A stretch of 64,000 nucleotides of DNA, taken from NCBI GenBank assembly GCA_964643995.1, contig CAZXUJ010000003.1:65927-129926 (forward strand). Direction: 5' to 3'. A program made the position numbers and the translations under genes. The notes below the pieces were generated by a model that worked only from the letters and a program-made list of their open reading frames with translations, made no database searches and was not told the DNA's origin. Of the stretch, positions 1 to 10,739 are shown piece by piece (the first letter of the stretch is position 1; the number at the start of each line of letters is the position of its first letter). This stretch comes from an uncultured Candidatus Saccharibacteria bacterium (lineage in GTDB: Bacteria > Patescibacteriota > WWE3 > UBA101185 > UBA10185).

Positions 1-2
1 GT

Positions 3-3000
3 GGTGTTTAGTGCTACTTCATCTATGTTACCACTTGCCAGAGTTAATACTTGTCCAGATTCCGAATTCAAGACTGTAGCTCCATTAGCACCTTGTCTTA
101 AAGCATATCCTGTTAATCCTGATTGATCATAGTGTGAAAAATATGCTAAATCGCTTGCTCTCGCATCTATTCTGATACGCCCAATAATTGCAGTTTGATC
201 GGTATCTGCACCTGCATTTATAACTGTATCCCAGCCTGTGCCTATATTTAATGCTGAACTTGTTATGGAGTCACCGTTTCCAGTGGTCTCTGTTAACGCG
301 CCAATGTTTAAGGCTCGCACGTTACCTGTTATTGCACTACCACCAGTGTCAGAGACTGTTGCTGTAAAACTATCTATATCTATGATATTCCATGTCTCAG
401 AAGTGTCGTCAGCATTATTGTCTGTAAAAGTAGGCGAGATATCAACTATATTGCCTGATGCGTCATCTGCCGTGAAGGTGAGTTGTAAACTATCCACGCC
501 ATCGGTGGCTGATGTCCCAGCGTTTATTGTAAATACATCTACTGTAGGTGCTGCGGTTTTTGTAATGTTGGCTCCATCGCCTGCATCTAATGCTATGTTA
601 AAGTCTCCGCCTGAAAGATCTAAATCACCATCAGAAATTAATATATCACCTGCAGGTATAACTAATGCATCGGTGCCATCTGTTCCTCCTGTTGTTCTGA
701 CGTCTGTATCTGCATCGATTGTGAATACGTAATCTCCTGTGGAGTTAGCTCCAAATGTTATTGCTCCGGTTGTTGCTTCTCCGACGTCTATTGTTGCTGA
801 GTTTGCTCCTGCTATATCGCCCCCAGTAACTGTAAAGTCTCCAGCAATAGTTAGGTTCCCTGTATTGGTCAAAGCTAGTTGATCTGCTCCAGCTGAGTTT
901 TCGAATACAGCCAAATTAGTTGTTTGTGTACCATTTCCTTGCACCAGGAGTTGAATTTCATCGTTATCACCATCTATAGCTAGTTTGCTTGATAGTGACG
1001 CTGAACCACCTAGTATGACTTCATCTGTTGTGTTTGTTAAGTAGGCAAGTCCTGTGCCCTGTGTCCACTTGGAAGCACCTGCACCGATTGCTGCATCTAG
1101 GTCATCCAATACATCTTGCACGTTTGCAGCGTTAGAATTCGCAAATTCATCAAAAACCCCTACCAAATATGCTCCTGAATCTGTCGTTCCTGTTGTTTCT
1201 CCCAAAGATGTCGTACCTCCAAATATGATATCAGTTGCAGCAGTTATATTAAGATTATCTCCTGATGCTAGTGTCACATCCCCGCCACTCGCATCTATGC
1301 CTAGATCCCCATTTGTATCAACTGTAAAGCTTGCTTGTGTTCCATCTGCATATGATAGTCTTAACTGTTCTGTCGTTGCTAAAACCTCTAACTTTGCATC
1401 TGGTGTTGTATCCCCAAGACCAAGGTTTCCGTCTAAGTACGATTGCTCTGGCGCCGCTGAGTAGAGTGCATAGTTAGTTGCTCCATCAGTTATGTTATCT
1501 GCAATGTATATTCCAGAGTTGTTTGTTGCATTATATGCACCGGCCACATATATGGCATAGTTGTTATCAGCTAAATCTCCCGCTGTAAAAGTGCCGCCAA
1601 CATGTTGTGTTGTACCTGCAGTACCCAATGACCCTCCCGAAACCGCAGAAATTCCGAAATTGTAGTTTGTCAAATTTGCATTGCTGCTGTTAGTAGAAAG
1701 ATTTACAAATTGCCCTGCTATAGTTGTAAAAGTTGTAGAGCTGGCTAAATTTGTAATGGTTGGAGTATAGCTAACCAAGCCATAGACTCCTGTCTGTTCG
1801 ATAGTAATGCCTCCTGTACCTACAGTATCATTTATTGTTGGGGAACCGACTACATATGTTAATTCTCCATATGTGTTTTGTGTTAATGGTTCAGTATCGG
1901 AGTTTCCTAAATCCAAACCCGATACTTCTATAGTGTTATAGATCCCATAAGCGTTTAATCTTCCTTCACCAGAGCCAGAAGAGCTTAACATTACCGATGG
2001 ATCAAAATCCATGTCAAGATTTTGTATGGTTCTGGCAACTGCTGAGATAGTTCCAAGATTTAAGTCGTTGTCTAAGAATACGTTCGTTGAGTTTTCGTTT
2101 GCATTGTTATCCTGGTTAAATATAGCAATATAATCAGCGTCTTCTGCTGTTGAGCCGTTTACCTCGAGTTTTGTACCCGTAGTAGGAGTAGTTATTCCTA
2201 TTGCTACAGATCCGCTAGCATCAATTACAAATGGAGTTGTATCTGCTGCCACATCATTAACTACAAAACTGTTACCAGCTGTTGTGTTGGTCAAAGTTAG
2301 TAACTCGGCACTTTCGTCAAAGAATAGCGAGGAAGTGGAGTCAGTTCCGCCAACCGCTAAGTCGTCTGTTACCGATGTTAAGTATGTAACAGCGCCGCCA
2401 TCGGTCCACTTGGATCCACCTGCACCACCTGCACAGTTTCCTGACGATAAACAAACTGTACCTGTCTCGTTAGGGAATGTTATGGTTTTGTCTGAGCTTG
2501 TTGGATCGGTAAAGGCTATAAAAGTTTCTATTGAATCGTTGGTGCTACCCTCGACTTCAAAAGCGAAATCCCAGGCTTCACCAACTCTTAACGCGGTTTC
2601 AACAACAGTTCCATCTGCCGAGGTTACGTTTCCTAATTGAATACCATACATAGTATCGGCATCTCCGGTGTTAGCAGATGTAACGTCTATATTGATAGCT
2701 GAGATTGTATCAGCGTCGGTGTCGTTCACTAAGGTGAGGTTTAGATCAAATAATGTACCTGTATCTGAGGTTAGTGACCCAGTTGTACTAATGTTGGAGT
2801 CATCGTCTGTACCTAAAACTATGTCACCGGTGCCTGCTGGGGTTAGCGTAAGCGCAGTGTTTGTTCCGGTGGTTATGGTTCCTGTACCAGTAAAGTCAAG
2901 AGAGTTTACATCTAAAGCAGTACTTCCAATGAGTAGGCTGTTAGAAATTGTTAAATCACCTGAGTTACTCAAGGATAGCAGATCGGATCCAGCAGACGTC

Positions 3001-6000
3001 TCAAAAACCACTAGATTAGCCGTTTGAGTGCCGTTACCTTGTACTAGCAGCTGAATTTCATCATTATCCCCATCAACAGCTAATTTTGAAGATAGGGAAG
3101 CGCTACCTCCAATTATGACTTCGTCAGTTGTATTTGTTAGGTAAATAAGTCCTGTTCCTTGGGTGAATTTTGATGCACCAGCACCAATTGCAGCATCTAA
3201 GTCATCAAGCACATCTTGGACGTTTGCTCCGTTGGAGTTATTGAACTCATCAAAAGTACCGACTAAGTATGCACCCGAATCAGTTGCTCCTGTTGTTTCA
3301 CCAAGTGATGTTGTTCCGCCAAAAATAAGATCCGTGGCAGCTGTTAAGTTGAGATTGTCCCCTGAAGCCAAGGTCACATTTCCTCCTGTTACGTCAATTG
3401 TTAGATCACCGTTTGTATCCACGCTGAATCTGGCGTCTGCGGATCCATCTGCATAGGAAAGCCTTAGTTGTTCAGATGTGGCAAGCACTTCTAACTTGGC
3501 ATCAGGTGAGGTATCCGCTAGACCTATGGCACCACCAAAGTAGTTAACCGCTCCTGTATCTACCTGATATATACCGTAGTCATTAGTTATTGTTCCTGTC
3601 TCAGTTGAATCTGCTATGTATATTCCGTAGGCGTTTGTTATAGCGTTTGTAGCACTCAAATTTCTTATTTCGGAATATACTCCATATGCAGTTGTGATAG
3701 GGCCTGTGGACCCTTTGTCTACCAAAGCATATAAGCCATATGCTGAACTCAGTGTGCCTGTTCCTAGATGGTTAACGAAGGAGTTAAACCCTTTTGCATT
3801 GCCGGTGATATTGCTACTTACACTGGAATCTATAGTTGCATTACCGTCAACTCCTATATATGATGCAGAAGAGTCTGCCCCAGCTACTGCCCACGCTCTA
3901 GAAAATGTGCCATATAATGTACCCGATGTGTCAGAAAATTGTTCACTTATGTTAACCCCTGTTGTTGTACTAACTGAGCCCTGATCACCAAAAGCAGCAT
4001 TGGAGTTAACATCTAAGCTACCTCCCGAAATGGTAAAGGTATCTGTTGTACCAAAGGATATACTTGCGGTATCACTGTTTGTTGCTTCAAAGGTCAAGGT
4101 TGGGTTTGCTGACTGGTCCCCACCAAATAAGAATGTTCCAGCACTTTCATCAATGGAAAATATCGAGGAGGCTAGGGAAGTTCCACCTACAGCAAAGTCA
4201 TTTGTTGCTGTGGTAGGATATATGACACCGCCGCTGAGTGTCCATAAACCACCATTTGTTCCTGTTGCGGCATCGTACACGTCGTTGATAGCATCAACTA
4301 TTCCTTGTGTTAATGAGGCGTTTAAGGCATTATCCGCTAGAGCTAGAGGAAGTGAGGTACTTAATTGTGTGTCATCAAACAGTATGTCATCTGCTGAATT
4401 TAGTGTGATGTCGTTTGTTGCACCGTTTGAGGTTATACCGATTGTGGTACCTGATATAGCTATAGAATCACCGTCGTCTCCCAATGTAACAACTCCGTTT
4501 GCATCAAATGTTCCGTTAGCTGTGAGTGTACCAGTTGCTGTTGCAGTAGAATCGAAAGTGATAGCACTCGTTATGTTCCCTCCGCTAATGGCTATGTCTC
4601 CTGCTATTGTTAGGTTACCACCATTGGTTAGTGATAGTTGGTCAGTCCCAGCAGAATTTTCAAATACAACCAAATTGGTAGTCTGAGTGCCGTTACCTTG
4701 TACTAGCAATTGAATCTCATCATTATCCCCATCAACAGCTAATTTTGAAGATAGGGAAGCGCTACCCCCAATGATGACTTCGTCAGTCGTAGATGTGAGG
4801 TATATTAAACCGGTTCCTTGAGTCCACTTAGAGGCCCCAGAACCTACTGCAGCATCTAAATCGTTTAGGACAGCCTGCACATTTGTGCTGTTTGAGTTTG
4901 CAAATTCATCAAATACCCCAACTAGATATGCTCCAGAATCAGTTGCCCCTGTAGTTTCTCCTAAGGACGTAACCCCACCAAATACTAAATCAACAGCTGA
5001 GGAAAGGTTTAAGTTGTCATTTGTACCAATCGAAACTTCACCATTTCCCGCATCAATTGTTAGATTCCCACCTGCTGGGCCAGTTATGCTTGCCCCATCA
5101 TTTGCATCTACGAAAGTTAAATCTCCAGTGCTCCCAATATTTATGTAGTCAGTTTGTCCTATTCTGGCAGTGCCGTCATCGAGAAATTGTACGAATGCGG
5201 TACCTCCATCCTGAACAATAAAGTCTCCTGTCGAGTCTAAATCAAAAACTAAATTACTTGCTCCTAGATTTGTTTCAGTAGTGGCATCCAGATCTAAGGT
5301 GTCCTGAAGTTCGCCGTAGTCCAATATGTCATCGGCGATTGAAATGTTTACTTCATTCGCTGGAGAAGCACTCAAATTAAAATCGGTAGTAAAATCTAAT
5401 GTATCTACGTTGGCTCCAACAGGCGTATCATTGCTCTCTACATTGATAATTGCACTCGCCGCTCCAGAGTCGGTGGCGCATTCCCATGAGTCATTGGTTT
5501 CGTTCCATTTTAGTACCTCGCCATTAGCACACCCTTGTAACAAGCTAATCCCTCCTGAGAATACTTCAAGACCTGAGCCATTAGTTATGGTCGAGGAAAG
5601 TCCATTCGTAGCTGTTACGGTTTGTATAGTTAATGCTCCTGCAGATAGTGTCAGTCCGTTTCCGGTTATGTCATCTATAGTCTCAGAATTTAAAATTAGG
5701 CTGCTTGCAATTGTTAGGTCTCCAGTGTTGGAAAAATTGAACAAATCAGTTCCAGAAGAGTCCTCAAATGTAACTAAGTCCGCGGATTGAGTACTGTTTC
5801 CCTGTACTAAGAGTTGTATTTCATTCGAGTCGCCATCTACAGCTAGTTTACCTAGATTCGTATTTGAACCTATTGTTACGTTATCCGTTGAGGTTATAAG
5901 GTTTGCTATGTTACTGGTTGTTTGCCATGGCCCTGTGGAACCGGCACTTTGCCAAGATGCATTACCACTTGCATCTGATGTAAGAACGTAGCCATTCGCT

Positions 6001-7151
6001 GCACCAGTAGAAAGTATAAGTCCTGTGGTTGTGACTGTGCCACTGACATCTAGTGTTGAAGTGGGTGTATTAGTCCCCAATCCTAATCTATCAGTGCTGT
6101 CATTCCAGAAGAAGTTAACACTGTCTTGTGCAAAAGTGCTTCCATCCCCAAAATATACTCCGCCGCTTTCTGTTGTTAAACCCGATAAAACATTAATTTC
6201 ATCTGCTGTTGTGGTTACCTCGCTTCCAGCAATTTCGAACGTTCCGTCTAGATTGATAGTTCCTGTAATTTTCAGTGTGCCATTGTATGACAATTCTTCA
6301 GCAAGCCTCACTTCGGTCAAGCCATTATTGTTTACACTTACTACATCTCCTGCTATATCGAGTGAGTTTTCTAGGGTAGTTTCGGTTGTCTCGTCTATCT
6401 GGGCTAATCCTTCCAAACTTGCAACTCCAATTAAGTTGATACTTGGTGTTTGTACGCCTCCTGCTAGGTTAGCTTGCCCTGTAACATCAATTAATCCTGC
6501 TATAGAGACATCTTGACCAACAGTCAAATCTTGTTTTACGATTACATTTTGGAGGAACTCTGATGCTAAATGAAATACCATATCAAATTGTCCTAGTTTG
6601 ACGTTATAACCCAATACATCTGCCGATAATCCGGTTGAATCTACAATTAGGTTTGCTCTTTGAGCTTTTTGTTCGGCATAGCTCAGTACTCTATCTGGTT
6701 GGGAATTTCTCTTAAACCCAAATCCCATAATGGTTAATATGGTTAATGTTACTAACAAGAAAGCAGGTAGTTTGCTTCTTAAGTTTAATGGTTTAGAACT
6801 TGTGGCCTGTATTTTCACTTCTTCGGTAGCTGCCGGAAGTTTAACAGGCTGTTCTATGATTTTGTTTTGAAGGTTGTATTTAACTAATCGTTCTTTCTTG
6901 ATAAGTTTTTCTGTAGTTTCCTTTTGGATTTTCTCGAGACGTAATTCTTCTTTTAACTTTTGAATTTCTTCCAATCTAAAAACTCGGTAACCATTATCTT
7001 GTCTTATGGATGTGATTCGTAAATCTTTTTCATAGTTTCTTAAAGTTGAAGGTGATACTCCCAAAATTTGAGCAGCCTCGGATACATTTAGCATCTTGGA
7101 ATTATCAGCCTGATCTAAAGATTTATTATGTTGGACAGTATTCTTACTCAT
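3..7151 (-). CDS. Giant surface/fibre protein (>2,383 aa, runs off the left edge): N-terminal MerR-type HTH, single TM, long repetitive beta-rich region
   Basis: ATG at 7151 gives MSKNTVQ...MLNVSEAAQILGVSPSTLRNYEKDLRITSIRQDNGYRVF (MerR HTH), then a TM (LPAFLLVTLTILTIMGFGF) and motifs GLGTNTPTSTLDVSG and GAANGYVLTSDASGNASWQ. The same frame still reads at 3-59 (SGQVLTLASGNIDEVALNTT). Presumably absent from the ORF track because there is no stop in the window; not every codon was checked by hand. Confidence 0.85.
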   Translation of the reverse strand, partial: MSKNTVQHNKSLDQADNSKMLNVSEAAQILGVSPSTLRNYEKDLRITSIRQDNGYRVFRLEEIQKLKEELRLEKIQKETTEKLIKKERLVKYNLQNKIIEQPVKLPAATEEVKIQATSSKPLNLRSKLPAFLLVTLTILTIMGFGFKRNSQPDRVLSYAEQKAQRANLIVDSTGLSADVLGYNVKLGQFDMVFHLASEFLQNVIVKQDLTVGQDVSIAGLIDVTGQANLAGGVQTPSINLIGVASLEGLAQIDETTETTLENSLDIAGDVVSVNNNGLTEVRLAEELSYNGTLKITGTINLDGTFEIAGSEVTTTADEINVLSGLTTESGGVYFGDGSTFAQDSVNFFWNDSTDRLGLGTNTPTSTLDVSGTVTTTGLILSTGAANGYVLTSDASGNASWQSAGSTGPWQTTSNIANLITSTDNVTIGSNTNLGKLAVDGDSNEIQLLVQGNSTQSADLVTFEDSSGTDLFNFSNTGDLTIASSLILNSETIDDITGNGLTLSAGALTIQTVTATNGLSSTITNGSGLEVFSGGISLLQGCANGEVLKWNETNDSWECATDSGAASAIINVESNDTPVGANVDTLDFTTDFNLSASPANEVNISIADDILDYGELQDTLDLDATTETNLGASNLVFDLDSTGDFIVQDGGTAFVQFLDDGTARIGQTDYINIGSTGDLTFVDANDGASITGPAGGNLTIDAGNGEVSIGTNDNLNLSSAVDLVFGGVTSLGETTGATDSGAYLVGVFDEFANSNSTNVQAVLNDLDAAVGSGASKWTQGTGLIYLTSTTDEVIIGGSASLSSKLAVDGDNDEIQLLVQGNGTQTTNLVVFENSAGTDQLSLTNGGNLTIAGDIAISGGNITSAITFDSTATATGTLTANGTFDANGVVTLGDDGDSIAISGTTIGITSNGATNDITLNSADDILFDDTQLSTSLPLALADNALNASLTQGIVDAINDVYDAATGTNGGLWTLSGGVIYPTTATNDFAVGGTSLASSIFSIDESAGTFLFGGDQSANPTLTFEATNSDTASISFGTTDTFTISGGSLDVNSNAAFGDQGSVSTTTGVNISEQFSDTSGTLYGTFSRAWAVAGADSSASYIGVDGNATIDSSVSSNITGNAKGFNSFVNHLGTGTLSSAYGLYALVDKGSTGPITTAYGVYSEIRNLSATNAITNAYGIYIADSTETGTITNDYGIYQVDTGAVNYFGGAIGLADTSPDAKLEVLATSEQLRLSYADGSADARFSVDTNGDLTIDVTGGNVTLASGDNLNLTAATDLIFGGTTSLGETTGATDSGAYLVGTFDEFNNSNGANVQDVLDDLDAAIGAGASKFTQGTGLIYLTNTTDEVIIGGSASLSSKLAVDGDNDEIQLLVQGNGTQTANLVVFETSAGSDLLSLSNSGDLTISNSLLIGSTALDVNSLDFTGTGTITTGTNTALTLTPAGTGDIVLGTDDDSNISTTGSLTSDTGTLFDLNLTLVNDTDADTISAINIDVTSANTGDADTMYGIQLGNVTSADGTVVETALRVGEAWDFAFEVEGSTNDSIETFIAFTDPTSSDKTITFPNETGTVCLSSGNCAGGAGGSKWTDGGAVTYLTSVTDDLAVGGTDSTSSLFFDESAELLTLTNTTAGNSFVVNDVAADTTPFVIDASGSVAIGITTPTTGTKLEVNGSTAEDADYIAIFNQDNNANENSTNVFLDNDLNLGTISAVARTIQNLDMDFDPSVMLSSSGSGEGRLNAYGIYNTIEVSGLDLGNSDTEPLTQNTYGELTYVVGSPTINDTVGTGGITIEQTGVYGLVSYTPTITNLASSTTFTTIAGQFVNLSTNSSNANLTNYNFGISAVSGGSLGTAGTTQHVGGTFTAGDLADNNYAIYVAGAYNATNNSGIYIADNITDGATNYALYSAAPEQSYLDGNLGLGDTTPDAKLEVLATTEQLRLSYADGTQASFTVDTNGDLGIDASGGDVTLASGDNLNITAATDIIFGGTTSLGETTGTTDSGAYLVGVFDEFANSNAANVQDVLDDLDAAIGAGASKWTQGTGLAYLTNTTDEVILGGSASLSSKLAIDGDNDEIQLLVQGNGTQTTNLAVFENSAGADQLALTNTGNLTIAGDFTVTGGDIAGANSATIDVGEATTGAITFGANSTGDYVFTIDADTDVRTTGGTDGTDALVIPAGDILISDGDLDLSGGDFNIALDAGDGANITKTAAPTVDVFTINAGTSATDGVDSLQLTFTADDASGNIVDISPTFTDNNADDTSETWNIIDIDSFTATVSDTGGSAITGNVRALNIGALTETTGNGDSITSSALNIGTGWDTVINAGADTDQTAIIGRIRIDARASDLAYFSHYDQSGLTGYALRQGANGATVLNSESGQVLTLASGNIDEVALNT
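850..5075 (-). repeat. Three copies of a ~150-190 aa internal module in the giant protein (~850-1400, ~2950-3520, ~4605-5075; partial copy ~5710-5935)
   Basis: Shared peptide GAYLVG.FDEF.NSN..NVQ.VL.DLDAA.G.GASK.TQGTG...KLA.DGDNDEIQLLVQGNGTQT.NL.VFE. 50 bp are identical at 3058-3107 and 4717-4766. Confidence 0.9.
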
Positions 7152-7348
7152 GAGGGCAGCTACCTTACAAAAACCCTGTTATTATAGGTTTTTATAATGA
7201 TACAAAGTTTTATAATCAGTGTCAACAGTTTACTCGATCGTAAATTGGTCTTTTTACGCTTTCTCTAAAAGGTTTTGTAAGAAGCACCTCTTGTGCTATA
7301 CCTCCTATATTGTTGACGCTCATACTTATTAAAGGTAAGCTAAATATT

Positions 7349-8119
7349 ATGTATACTCTGCCCAAGAAGTATCTAGTATTTTTGATGCTTTTGACTATTT
7401 CTGCATATTTTGTACCGAGCACTTTTGCTACGACTAGTGTTTCGGTGTCTATTCCTATCGATGACCCTGACGCCACCGCTGGACATATCGTAACCTTAAG
7501 AAACGGCGTATATATTTTGAGCTTTTCAGCTCGTGAACCCGGCGTGTTCGGTGTTATTACAGACGATCCGATAATCTCAATTAATGATAGGTCCTTAACT
7601 AATTTCAAGTATGTTGTAACTTCAGGTGAGGTGAAAGTGAAAGTCTCTGGCATCAATGGGAATATCGAAGAGGGCGACTACCTCAGTGCTTCAAATTTAG
7701 CTGGAATTGGACAAAAGGCTTCTGGCAGTGGTCCAGTAATAGGTGTAGCTCTTGAAGACTATGCTCCTACAGACCCTAACGCTGTTAACGAGATTTCAGC
7801 ATTCCTAAATATTACCTCGGCCTTTGTTGGCGAGCGTCAAGAACAGGATCTCATTGGTTTGCTAAGAGGAGGTCTACAAGTTCCTTTCGTAACGCCGTTA
7901 ACCTCCTTTAGATATATTCTGGCGGCTTTGATAGCAATGGTCTCATTTTTTATTGGCTTTTCATCTTTTGGCAGGATATCTATTAATGGTATAGAAGCTC
8001 TTGGAAGAAACCCTTTGGCAAGTAGGCTTATAAAATCCGCAATAGTACTAAATTTCATATTTACGTTTGGGATTATGGCAGTAGGGTTAGCTATTTCATA
8101 TCTCATTCTGAGCATCTAA
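7349..8119 (+). CDS. Exported beta-domain fused to a C-terminal ATP synthase subunit c-like helical hairpin that lacks the conserved carboxylate
   Basis: Signal-like N-terminus. Two C-terminal TM helices joined by the loop GIEALGRNPLA (compare the c-subunit RQP loop). First gene of the atp-like operon. ATG at 7349 preferred over TTG at 7310. Confidence 0.7.
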   Translation: MYTLPKKYLVFLMLLTISAYFVPSTFATTSVSVSIPIDDPDATAGHIVTLRNGVYILSFSAREPGVFGVITDDPIISINDRSLTNFKYVVTSGEVKVKVSGINGNIEEGDYLSASNLAGIGQKASGSGPVIGVALEDYAPTDPNAVNEISAFLNITSAFVGERQEQDLIGLLRGGLQVPFVTPLTSFRYILAALIAMVSFFIGFSSFGRISINGIEALGRNPLASRLIKSAIVLNFIFTFGIMAVGLAISYLILSI

Positions 8120-8123
8120 GATT

Positions 8124-8831
8124 ATGTTTACACTTGACTACACATCAATCTTCTTAATACTTCTCAATGCCTTTGTATTTGTTTTATTTATTTTTCTCAT
8201 TGTTGCCATATTTCAGAGTTACAAATCTAGTATTATCACGGAACAGGAGCTAGTGCGCCAGGACGCCTACAAAAAAGCCCTGGCTATTCTGGATAAGGCT
8301 CGTGACGAATCCTTACGTATGCTGAAGAATACTGAGTACTTAACAGATGACACTAAGCAGGTTATGAAAAAAGAATTTGATTCAATTGTTTCTAAGTTAT
8401 CCAATCAGCTTTCCACTGATTTATCCGAAACTATGAAGGAGGAGAGTATCCAAGGTGTTGCGTCTATTAGAAAAGTTTCGAAAGTAATTGAAGATAGTGC
8501 CTTTGACGAACTTAAAAAGTTTGAAGGTGTTTCTGAGTCTATGGAGAAGGAGGCATTGCGTGAGTTAGAAAACTTTCGTCAGGAGTTACATGCGGGAACC
8601 ATTCATAATGAAGAGGCAATGCAAGAACGTCTAAGCAAGGAGTATGAGAATGTACGCCAACGTCTCATTGACTACGAAAACGCTAAGATGTCACAGATAG
8701 ACATAAAGATTAAAACCATTTTTTCTCAAATGACCCGCGAGCTTTTTGATAAGTCTATTGATATTGCCACAAGTGAACAAATGGTTATGGAGGCCCTTTC
8801 TAAAGCAAAAAGAGAGAACATGTTCGTATGA
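8124..8831 (+). CDS. ATP synthase subunit b-like stalk protein (N-terminal TM plus coiled coil)
   Basis: One N-terminal TM, then a long E/K-rich helical region; position in the operon before the delta-like and alpha genes. Confidence 0.6.
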   Translation: MFTLDYTSIFLILLNAFVFVLFIFLIVAIFQSYKSSIITEQELVRQDAYKKALAILDKARDESLRMLKNTEYLTDDTKQVMKKEFDSIVSKLSNQLSTDLSETMKEESIQGVASIRKVSKVIEDSAFDELKKFEGVSESMEKEALRELENFRQELHAGTIHNEEAMQERLSKEYENVRQRLIDYENAKMSQIDIKIKTIFSQMTRELFDKSIDIATSEQMVMEALSKAKRENMFV

Positions 8832-9286
8832 TAAAAAATGATTTTGCTACCAAAGCTGATCTGGACAGAATTCTTTACTCAATTGATAAATTTAAATTGG
8901 ATTTGTACACCTATAGCTCCAAAGAGTTGGAGCGTTGCTTACACTATCAATATGACATTAAGTTCAATGCTATTGTTCAAGGTGTTCTTGCAAAAAATGA
9001 AATTGATCTTGGTGATGAAAACAAAGTTACAGTAGAAAAGCTATTAAATGCTTTGTCAGTAGATCTCGCTGCAATTGAGATACTAGATATTACTATGTCA
9101 TTTTCTCCCTCAGCAAGATTTCTAAACATTTTACGCAATTGGGCATATGAAAATGTTACTGAGAATATTGTTCTTGATATTCATGTAGATCCTTCGGTTC
9201 TTGGGGGTGCTTCTTTGATTTATCGTGGGCGGTATCTTGACTTGACCATAAGTAATAAATTGAAAAGTTTTAACTTTAGTCTGTAA
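8828..9286 (+). CDS. atpH: ATP synthase delta/OSCP-like subunit
   Basis: C-terminal VDPSVLGG...GRYLDLTI motif typical of delta; directly upstream of alpha. Confidence 0.65.
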   Translation: MIKNDFATKADLDRILYSIDKFKLDLYTYSSKELERCLHYQYDIKFNAIVQGVLAKNEIDLGDENKVTVEKLLNALSVDLAAIEILDITMSFSPSARFLNILRNWAYENVTENIVLDIHVDPSVLGGASLIYRGRYLDLTISNKLKSFNFSL

Positions 9287-10739
9287 TGAAGGATATATTT
9301 AACGAGATATTACATGCTACTAATGAGATTGGTTATGTAGAGTCGAGCAAGTTCCCTCTGGTGTATGTAAAAGGTTTACCAAATGTACGTCCAACAGAGG
9401 TGGTCTTGTTTGAAACAGGGCAGTTTGGCCAAGTGAAATCACTGGATGTAGACCTCGTAGAGGTTTTAGTTTACTCAAAACAGTCAGTTATAATGGGACT
9501 ACGTGCAGTTCGTACCGGGCATTACTTAGATGTGATGGTTGGTCCTGGTTTGTTAGGTGCTTCTGTTGATGCGTTGGGCGCTCCATTGTATAAAGATGCT
9601 GCTAAAAGTAATATAAACGAGAGCTACAAAATAGAATTGTCGGCTCGTGGCATAGCCGAACGTAAGGAAATTCATGAGCCAATGTTTACTGGAGTGAGCA
9701 TAGTTGACATGATGGTACCTTTGGGTAGAGGCCAAAGAGAGTTGATAATAGGGGACAAGCAAACTGGTAAAACTGCTTTTGCTTTGCAGGTGATGCTTAA
9801 CCAAGCGCGCTTGGGGACAGTGTGTGTATACGGGTGTATAGGAAAGACAAAAGCTGACATTGAGAGTGTTCAGAGATTCATAAACAAAAATAAGATACGT
9901 GACAAATGTGTTGTCGTTGCCTCTGGGGCTGATGACCCCTTGGGTAATATTTACTTAACTCCTTATACTGCTATGAGCGTGGCAGAGTATTTTAGGAATA
10001 GTGGACAGCATGTGCTACTTATTTTGGATGATTTAACAACGCATGCAAAATACTATCGAGAAATTTCACTACTAGGAAATAAATTTCCTGGTAGAGAATC
10101 CTACCCAGGCGATATCTTTTATACCCACTCACGTTTGTTAGAAAGGGCAGGTAACTTTTCTGAAGGATCTATAACTTGTTTACCCCTCGTAACAACAGTG
10201 CAAGGTGATATCTCTGGTTACATTCAAACAAATCTTATGTCAATGACTGACGGACATATATTTTTTGACAAAGATCTCTTTTATAGTGGCCAAAGGCCTG
10301 CTGTAAATTACTACATATCCGTAACAAGAGTTGGGAGACAAACTCAGTCAAAATTACGCTGGTCAATAAACAGAGAGCTAAGTACATTTTTGACCCTATA
10401 TAAACGTACTGAAAATTTTGTACATTTTGGTGCGGAACTTAGCGAAGGAATAAAATCTACCCTATCAATGGGCTCAAAGATCTTTCAGTTTTTTACTCAA
10501 CTTACTAATACAACTCTAGATATTGATTTGCAAATACTGTTTTTTATTATCTTATGGAGTGGCCACTGGAATTCCAAGAATGAAGAAGAATTAGGCAAGG
10601 CTATTCATACGATTTTACAGAAATATTCAGAGGACTCTAAATTTAGATCTCAGATAAGTGAATTAATAAATCAAGACGAAGACGTAAATGCATTGCTTAG
10701 CAAATTTATGAAGGCTTTGCCAACCTTTAGTGCTTACTT

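Noticed and set aside
238-6516. Series of + strand ORFs (S/V/P-rich) in the ORF track
   Set aside because: Antisense shadows of the giant minus-strand gene; they repeat with its modules and have no protein-like motifs
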